A DNA stretch of 64,000 bases, taken from Ascidiella aspersa (taxonomy: Eukaryota). The stretch spans positions 15,996,001 to 16,060,000 of the forward strand of contig OZ004608.1 of NCBI GenBank assembly GCA_963924565.1, read 5' to 3'. The translations under genes were made by a program, and so were the position numbers. The notes under the pieces were generated by a model. The model saw only the letters and a program-made list of their open reading frames with translations. It made no database searches and was not told the origin of the DNA. Shown here piece by piece: positions 10,370 through 64,000 of this stretch (position 1 is its first letter; every line of letters starts with the position of its first letter).

Positions 10370-13300
10370 ATGAAATTTAGGGTTAGGTATGAAAGAAAAA
10401 CATCGCTTTTGATCCTTTCAGATGATGATGGACTAACAATTGGCGATGTCAAAGGGAAAATTTTAGAAACTTTGTGTGAAGAATTAAACATACCGTAAGG
10501 CTTTAAGTAAACAAATATATATATATTAAATATAAAAGTTTTATTTGGCAATCTTGTGAATAAATGATATTCCTTTTTCAACACAGTTCAACATTCAAGT
10601 TTGACATTTCCCTTGATGGAAAATGCAGTCTTGGTTTAGATAGACTGCAAGTCAGGAATGCTGGAATTGTATCTGGTGATCTGCTTAAGCTCATTCCTAG
10701 TCAAAACAGCGAAACTACAAAGTTTGTAAATTATGAATAGAATATTGTACCATATTATATTGTAATAATAATTAAATGTTTAATTCTACTGGGTATTCTA
10801 ACATTAAAGCTCCCAATTCATTATCTTGACCTAGGCAATAACAAAAACCAGACATATACAAAAGTATGCAGGCATTCAATAAATGCATATTAAAATAAAA
10901 ACAGGCCAAACTAAGTTATACATAAAACTAACTTGATAAGTCACATGACATCAATTTCACAGTTTGTACTTAAAACATGCTGGCATACTTTTATGTATAA
11001 ATTTCCTTAATGGTAATGACTTTAAAAAATGGCTTTAGGGAATACATTGAATGCATTAAGTGTTTTGTCATACTGTCAACGAAAAAACAGGAAACAGAAG
11101 ACTATCAAATTCTCGTTGTCTAATATTTTAGCATTATTAGTATTTAAGACAGAATGTGCTTGTGTTGTTATGTTTAAGCTTTAAAAAATGGTTGATCTTT
11201 CTAGAATATTTTTATTTCTTTTTGTAAGGTAAAATACAGACTTAAATTCAACTTTACAGTCTAGTTTTAAGAGTAAATATATTTTTATTTCAATTTGTTG
11301 AACTCTATAGAATGGTCGTCTCTATACAAATATTTGAAAATGGGATTAATGAAATTACAAAAATATTTTTTGCAGTCTTTCACCAGTCCTATCAGAAATA
11401 TCAATTGGTGTAAATTCAGTTGCCATGTCTACAGTTGACCATGATGAGCCTTCTACTTCATCTGCTATTGCTAATTCAAGCGCAGAAGATGTAAGTTTTT
11501 GAAAGTCACCAATAGACAAAATGGAAAAATATTTAGTACACAAAACTAACTTCAACTATTTCCTACATAAAACATTCTTGCCATTTTTTTATTCTACTAG
11601 ATGATTACAGAGACCAGTGAAGATTTGCCACAAGGTATTGTGACATGGAGAAGTCCTCCATTATCACTTCAAGATTATAAAGAAACCGAGCCTTTGCCAA
11701 GCATTATGCAGCAGATGTATATGTCAAATCAAGTGCAATCAGATTTCCATGCAACCTGTATAGCTCTTCATTATCTAATGTTGGAAAGTGGGTTTACTTT
11801 GCAGGTGATACAGTCATTTTGTTATATCCATAACACAATGATTACCCTTTGGTGGTCTTTGAGCAATTTTTGTACACATGCATTTATATTTAAAACTGAC
11901 TAGTAGAAGTAAATTGTATTTCAAATCTTCTCTTTTTTCATTTTTTATTGTCACATTTAAGGACAAAGGAAATCTGTATAAAGTGCAATGAAAAACACTG
12001 CTTAATCTTTTATATATGGGACTTACTTTATTCTTTCTTTTTTTGAAACTTAATGAAATTTAATTCTATGTTAAGAATCCAAGATCTGGTTTTGAAGATG
12101 CGCTTCAGGCCAATGTTGTATCTGTAGATTACAGCCACCCAAGTGCAGAGGCATTGCAGTTCTCAATGACTTGCAACCCATTGGGCCAGTTTGTTCTAAT
12201 AAATGGTAAGGTGTATTTAACAAGATTTAACTTTTGCTACATGTCATTTTTAATTAAAATATGTTAATAATATGAAAAACCATAATTGAAAAAATTAAGC
12301 ACACTTATATTTACAGTTGAATAAAACTACTGAATACATTGTAAAAACTTAATACACACAATATGTGATTTTAAAAATGGCATCTGTTGTGAAAGAAATG
12401 ATTAAATGGATTTTTCTTTTTTCTTTTTAATGCAATATATTTTTGTGGAATTATTTGTTATTTCTTGGTTTTCAGGAATTGTTAAGCCTTGCCTTAATAC
12501 AGAAGAACAAGTTTTGAGCTTACAAGTAAAAACATCAGAATTTGTAAAGAGATTCAATAGTACCACAAGTGAGTTTTTAAGCTATTTTAATTTAACTATC
12601 TTGTTGTAACATAATAAATCTGCTATGTAGGATATTTACTTAAATAGGATACAGAACGAAACATAAATGTTTCTCCTGAAATATGTTCGGTTGTAAAAAT
12701 AATTTTTACTTGTTTTAGAGCCACAAGATGATAAGCAAGTCTACAAAAATCTCTCAAAACTAAGTTTCATGTTTAAGGAAAACATTGCGCACAAGGCCAT
12801 TGATACAATGAGGGAAGGTAAGGTGCCAACGTTTATACTGTATGAACAAAATAGTTGACATAAATTTTTTACCATTATTATAGAAGAAGGGTACCAACAT
12901 CAGGAATATTGTGTGTATTATTATTGCAATTAGGGATGTCCAATAATATTGGATTATAGTCTATGCCCTATGCTTTGTCTGATACTGGAGAAGTATTAGT
13001 GCCGATTAGATAAATTTATCAAAAAATAGTCGGGAAACAACTAGAGGTTGCTGAACGTCTAAAAGCAACTTTTGGCCAAATAAATATCTAAAAAAATGTA
13101 TCTTTTCCTTTTTCCTTTTTTTCTTTTTAATCGGTTTTCAGAATAAAACTTGTAAGGATTTGATATAGCAATTTATCAGATTTCATTAGATGGATTATTC
13201 TTTTTTCTGTTTTCAGAATTACAGCTGCCGCCCCTTCATGGCATTTTGTCGCTGTTCCCCGACCTGCTGAAGAGAATTGTTTCGCAGTTGGGCTTCAAGG

Positions 13301-14975
13301 ATCTTTGTGCGCTTTCACAGGTTCGTAACGTATTTGGTACGAAAACGATTTCTATGCATTCATCAATTTTAAAAAGTGTAACATGTTATATATGCAAAGC
13401 ATTTAATCAGGCGCTATCGTCCAGGGTACGACTTTGCAGTTTTCCCCTTGTTGTTTGTTACAACTTTTTGCGAATCTCTATGTTTGACAGACGAACAGAA
13501 TAAAATTCGTCGTTGGTTTCTGCACGCACGTGTTAAAGTAACGAGCAACGGATTTGAATATTGTACTTTACATTTGTATATCGAAACTCAGACAAAGTAT
13601 TGTTTATATAGGTGTAACAATTTGTGTAATATTGATGTAGCCTCAGAATGCAGCATCCTTTTTGCAATATTTTCCGTTTGATAACAATTGCAGTATTTTC
13701 TGTTAGACCTGCTCAGCACTCGCCAACATTGCCAATGACGACGACCTGTGGAGGGTTCGTTATTTGCGCGACTTTAAAACAGCGCCCGTGAACCCCGGTA
13801 ATCGGCCGTTAAAAGAGGTAGGTCCAGTAATAGTGTTTTATGCAAGTGACGACGGCAGTCCGTAAATGCAAAAATTAAAAAGCAAAAACTAACTTGTTCC
13901 CTGATAACCAAATTTGGATCGCATATTTAGGATGGCCTTTTTATTTTAGTATTTTGCTTGAGATTTTTTTTTCAGGTGCTTGACATTTGTCGATGCTTGG
14001 ATAAATGTTGTTTTACGACCAAAATAATGATTATAAAGCTATTTGGTTTACTAATACAACCAAACTGTAATCTACTGTATAGACCAGGTACCCGTGGCTA
14101 TATGTGCGAAGGTTTTGTGTATTTTTTTTTCAATTTAGAAGTGTTTATCAGTTTTGTAAGGTGCTTCACGTTTAAAAAAAATTAATGTGAAACATCCTTT
14201 AAAATTGCTCACCTTTTTCCCCTTGTTTGAACTGTCTTTAAAGGTCTACAAGCAGAACTACGTACGAAAACAGGAACAGGCCAGACAACGACTGCACCAC
14301 GAACGCGAACTCCTTTACTTCGAACCACCCTACAACCCCATGGGAGCCCCCGTTCCCGATATGCCGGAACCATTTCCAGGTCAACCCCCGGGAATTATAG
14401 GTAAGTTTCCAATTCCGGTTGTAAGGCTTGCAGCATTTAAAGCAACATTTTATTGATCTAAATGCAAAAAACAAATTAGGTTAGAACATTGTGTAGTTTA
14501 GGAATTTAAGTGCAAGCAAAACTCGTTAGCCGCGATAAGAGATTGGTCATCACTCGGCAGTGTTATTAGGCTCACGGCCTGAGTTATTCCAGGGCTGTTG
14601 TTTTTACAAACACGATTCGGCTCAGTTGCAAGGTCAGGTTTGCTTTAAATTCAAAACGAGCCTCACGGCTATTTATTACATGCTATTACACATTTTTCAG
14701 GTGGAGATTACGACCTTGACCCAACCTTTCCCTATGGGCCCTTCGCCAACCCTGGTCGTAGACCCCAACCGATTCGCCCCATCAGACCCGGTCTACCTGG
14801 CTCGGGTAACCCACTTCCAGGCTCCCGGTTTGACCCAATTAATCCACATGGGGGTAGGTTTCGCCCAGGAAGGGGCGGGGGTATGATGGACGACGATTTG
14901 GGGATGATGTCTCGTCAGCGTCGAAGACCGCCGAGGGGTGGATTTGGGGGATTCGGTGGTGGTGGTTTTATGTGA
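10370..14975 (+). CDS. FBXO7: F-box only protein 7 (Ubl, FP, F-box and proline-rich domains). Exons approx. 10370-10494, 10587-10721, 11376-11490, 11601-11804, 12076-12205, 12476-12568, 12719-12817, 13217-13320, 13707-13817, 14243-14400, 14701-14975.
   Basis: Ubl domain MKFRVR...GIVSGDLL; FP domain ALHYLMLESGF; F-box LSLFPDLLKRIVSQLGFKDLCALSQTC...NDDDLWR; C-terminal PGIIGGDYDLDP...RFDP...GGFM*. AATAAA at about 15042. Confidence 0.9.
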
Positions 14976-17710
14976 TTCATTTCCAGCTGTTATGTAACTG
15001 TAAATTTTTTCGCTATGCTGTTTCTTTAAAGTTCAAAACGCAATAAAAATAAACTTATGTATTTTTTGTTCTTATTTTCTCATTAGATAGTATTCATAAC
15101 TAAAACTTTTTTAGCCTAATTATATCTAATGAAGTAGGTTAGGACGGTTAAATGATAACAATCCATTTGAACCGAGGAAAAAGGCGTAATTAACCATGCC
15201 GCAAGTATTTCAGAAGTGTTTTGACTCTTGAAATGTAGTCCACACCCAACATGTAGGAGAGTCACGCCCTTCCGGTTAAGAGGTGATAAACCTAGGCAGC
15301 TAAAAGTCTAGCATTATTGTTTGGGAATCAAATTAGTTAGATAAGGCGCTATAAAATGATGTCCTAATAACATACCGCTATAAAAGTAACCACAGTTCAA
15401 TCCTAAAAAAGTCTGATTTAAAAAAATTCAGAACATGCCGCGGCAATTTGCACTTAAAATCGCGTTGTTTTATGTAGGTGCAAAAGTATTTTGTAGAAGG
15501 TAAAAATCTCATGAGGTGGTTACTAAAACCGGGCGGATCCAGGATTTTTGGAAGGCATACATTTTTATCAAATATTTTGCGTCGCAAGAAACGTGACATC
15601 ATAGCAATCTGAAAGAAACGTTCCCAAGTAATCTGAAGAAACGTTCCCTTCTCGAATTAACTGGTGTACAATCATGCAAGCAAACTGCCTTTATTTGATT
15701 TAAATGGACAAAACTTTTACCAGACGCAATTACCACATACAAGAGATTCGAACATTGCTTGAAATAACGGTATTTATAGTCAATTTTAAAAAAACTTGCA
15801 CTTTGTCCAGTTGATGTTCTACACTGCGCAACATGCAATATTGTGCACTTTGGGCTAAATAGATTTAATTGAAACAGCTAAAAGTTCGCACAAACACGAA
15901 CCAAAATTGGGCGCTCCTTCACTTCTTCACGTAGAAAGTTATGCAAAGAAACAAAACAAAAAAATTGAAGCGCCCCAAATCGTATTCACACAGTTAAATT
16001 TGTTTAAAGTATTTTTTGAGGAGGCTTGGCAGTTTGGCCCTGTGATGTATAAACAAGCCAAAGTAAAAACTCTCAGCTTCACAAACTTTTGAAACAAAAT
16101 ACAATTAATATAAGGCCATTACGCGGTCCCAACTACATATTGAAATGAAATAATAATAAATAGCATGCGGTCCACTAAAAATTGCTAAAGACCCACAGTT
16201 TGCCGGGCGCTGGTCTGAAATTCAAAAGCACGCACGATTTATCCTTTTTACACTGTTAATCCTTAACATATTTCCAAAGTAAAACCACTGATAAGGGCTT
16301 TTACGATTTTTCAATCCGTATTGAACACCATTACAATTGCCCACAATCATCATTGTTGAAACAATTACTGAATTCCAGAAATCTATTATCATCATGGCGT
16401 CACAATGTTTTTCCCATTTCAGATCCAATCAGAAGAAGCTTGCACTACAAAGCGTAACGCGATACAGCAACCGTTCTCTGCGACTGATCAGTTACAAAAT
16501 TTCTTACCATTCGTTGTCTGCACGACGTACAGGCAACACCTTTTTATGTAACCACTGTTTGAAGCAAAGAAAATTTATCTGCGACAATGTCAGGTTCGCC
16601 GGAACCGGTTCAAACCGGAACCAAGGAATCGAACAAACCGCCATCGCCCAAACCGGATACTGGCAATGGCACACCGCCACCAACTTTTAAACCAGGTTAG
16701 ATACATAAATGATACTCTATTTGCAAAATATTAGAAAAACGTTATGTCTGTTTTAATCATCGAACCATTTTTTCTAGTTTTAGAACAACTTTTCTCATTA
16801 TGCTTGTTAGCTTTTTAAAGCACCAAAAGGTATAGCTTCGTTAACTAGGACATCACGGTCGAATAAATGCGACTGGCTGCAGATATTACTGCTGCACTTA
16901 CATAACATATTTACAAGTTGTGAATCACAAACTGAGTATCTCGTGGTAGTGTAAAGCCGGGGCTCTTCAGTTTAAGTTTGCATTTGCACCTAACAAATGT
17001 TGCAGCAAATGCAAACTTAAACTAACTGAATAATCTAAAGTGTTTAGTATTAATTTGAGATGTCCAAAACTTTTACCCGATGAAAGGTACTGACGACTGA
17101 CCCGATACCAAGTGACGTCATTACGATGGTAAAATAAATAACATTGATAAAATAAAACTTTTAATTGTAATGATTTCAAGGTTAATTGGGTAAACTTTTG
17201 TGCAGCGTGCAGAGTCTTAGTTACCTTCGACTGTTAACTAACTTTTTGACGATAAATTAACTTACATGGTAGGAAATGCTGCGTTGAATCGTAAACCGTG
17301 GCTGAAATCCTTTTGTCAGCATCGTAACGGCGCGGCGCCACTACAACCGAAGTTTCAGACAAATGCCGATATCACCATTTTGCAACAGATATTTAAAATG
17401 GCTCCTATCCGATTGAATAATAATAATCTTGACTCGTTTGGTAGTCTATTATCGCTGCAGCTACACAAGGTAGTGTTATTGCTTGCACATGCAACGTTAA
17501 ATTTATACTTGTTAATGGTAGAACATTCAATAGCTCGCCGTAAATGTTACGAGGTTAACTTAAATGTTTGAAGTTGGTATATCCATTGGTGTGTCGTACT
17601 CGTTTTGGGAGTATGTAAATGGAAGCGGCGATATTGTTAACTCACTAGCAAACCAGTGGGCGTTGTCTTGAGATAAAAGGAATTTGGGCGTGCGGTGAAA
17701 TTAGATACTT

Positions 17711-17736
17711 ATCACCTAGCAACCAGCTTGTAAACA
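17711..17736 (+). promoter_or_regulatory. Candidate RFX X-box with adjacent forkhead (FoxJ1-type) site upstream of the dynein gene
   Basis: ATCACCTAGCAAC (X-box-like, ending TAGCAAC) followed 6 bp later by GTAAACA, in a CpG-rich region about 1.2 kb upstream of the first identifiable exon. RFX plus FoxJ1 is the known motile-cilia programme. Confidence 0.45.
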
Positions 17737-18974
17737 CACGCTTGCTGAAGTCTTGTACGTCACAACTACAGTACATTCAGCTATAAAGCGAACAAACGTA
17801 ATACGGCTTGTCTAAAAATGCAGTCAGTTTTATTATGTATTTGACATTGGAAAAACGTTTTGTTGTTAACTGTAGTTTGTGGTGACAAATTGTTAGGGTA
17901 CGGTAATATTGTGATGGGCAAAGGCAGCCTGTCAAGTTATAAGGTGAAATTGGACACGTGCCCGTGCGTCAGAGAGCCATCCGATAGTGGCTTGCGACTG
18001 GTTGTACACAATGCTGGATAATAAACAATCGTAAAAACTACGACGCAACCCGATACAATACGCAATTAGACTACAATTCAAACAAGCACAACTGCCTAGA
18101 AGCCTGGTGACACGCAGGTCTGAGCCTGTTTGGATTCGAAAATCCGCTGCCTGGGAGACATGTCTTTTCACAAAACCGCACGTATTTATAAGTTTTGTGT
18201 CTGGCTTCTGCCAATCGCGCACGATGTAAACAAGACTGGGTGGGTGTTTCAAGGGCGCGGGCGGCGGGCGTTTCTGATGTGGCAAGATACGGTTTCAAAA
18301 CACAAAGGCATGTTGACTCCACATAACTAGAAAACGCGCGAGTCTTAGTCGCATTTAGCCAATTAGTTTACAGCAATTTAAAAAATATCGCCCGTGCTTA
18401 ATTGTGCAAAAGAGCGATCCAAATTGCGTTCCTTGCTTTGAGACCTTTAAAAGGTACACGAATTTTAAATATAGACTTCACTTCCTCAAGGAATGGTTGT
18501 CTTTGGTCGGGGATTTGCCACTTGAAAAAGTAAACGAAAATCGCTTAGTATATTGTCACGTGGTCGTCTAACAAAACAGATTAGAGATCACCATTGCCTT
18601 GGTGTTAGACTGTACCGCCCCTATGTTGGCGCAATGCGGTGCTTTGCTTTACAATTTAGCACACCCCGAATGTTTTAATACATAAAAACGCAAGCATTGT
18701 TAAAAGCAAAAAAAAAATATTCTTAGTGATAATTCTGCCGCCCTATAATGGCCAGCAAGACCTTCTGCAGCATTAAAATTGTCACCAAGTCACGGGTAGG
18801 TACCCAATTTGTGCCAAGTTATACATGGTGGAAAAATTCCTTATTTTGTTTTATTTTACGTTTCAAATAAACACGTTATCGTATTTTAACTTACATTTTT
18901 TTAAATTGGAAGTGGTTTACCGATGAATTCAATGTAAACTAATATAAAAAAAAACGTGGAAAAAACGTTTCCAG

Positions 18975-63591
<44,617 letters not shown>

Positions 63592-64000
63592 GCAAGGATT
63601 TGCGATCACCACTGAGCTTTTCAGGCGGTTTTTGGTTTTTGATTTACCGTTTACTTTAGAACTTAAAGTCTCGCTTTGGTTTATTGTTTGTTGTGGTGTG
63701 CGCTGACGTTATTCATTATTACAACGTTACAACTGTACCAAGGTACATGCGCATTGCTCGTCAACAGGTTTATTATAATTCTGAAGTCAAAACGATAAAA
63801 AGTCACACACTTATTTCATGTAAAATACCGTTGAGCTTGGTAAAATACAATAAAAAAAGGCAGTCGACGATTACCATAGTGATTACACAGTACAAATTTT
63901 CCATGTTGTTTAGCTTTGTACGACATTTTATGCCTTTTTATTTGCGAACTCCTGTTTCATAAAGTACTAAGTGTGATTTTTTATGTTTGTTTATGGCAAA

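Noticed and set aside
15378-18330. Several 60-117 aa ORFs between FBXO7 and the dynein gene
   Set aside because: No recognisable domains, mostly non-ATG starts and no coherent splice pattern; part of the region is MITE debris (e.g. AACCGG repeats near 16590-16700).

Overview
Eukaryotic (animal) genomic DNA with short AT-rich spliceosomal introns. Gene compactness, co-oriented gene packing and CpG mosaicism fit a compact invertebrate such as a tunicate, but this is inference. The left 15 kb holds the 5' part of ZNF277 on the minus strand, head-to-head with four tightly packed plus-strand genes: BORCS6, intronless TBC1D7, intronless CWC25 lacking its N-terminal domain, and FBXO7. The four look like a possible trans-spliced operon. 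From about 19 kb to beyond the window end lies an outer-arm axonemal dynein heavy chain (DNAH5/DNAH8 type, about 60 exons seen). Its introns carry many hAT-type MITEs with 8-bp TSDs. They also carry the most notable finding: at least eight short elements, most of them fold-backs, from three related subfamilies containing minimal type I hammerhead-ribozyme motifs of the kind known from Penelope-like retroelements. One copy (30586-30624, minus strand) keeps a complete catalytic core. All calls come from manual reading; no database search or folding computation was run.
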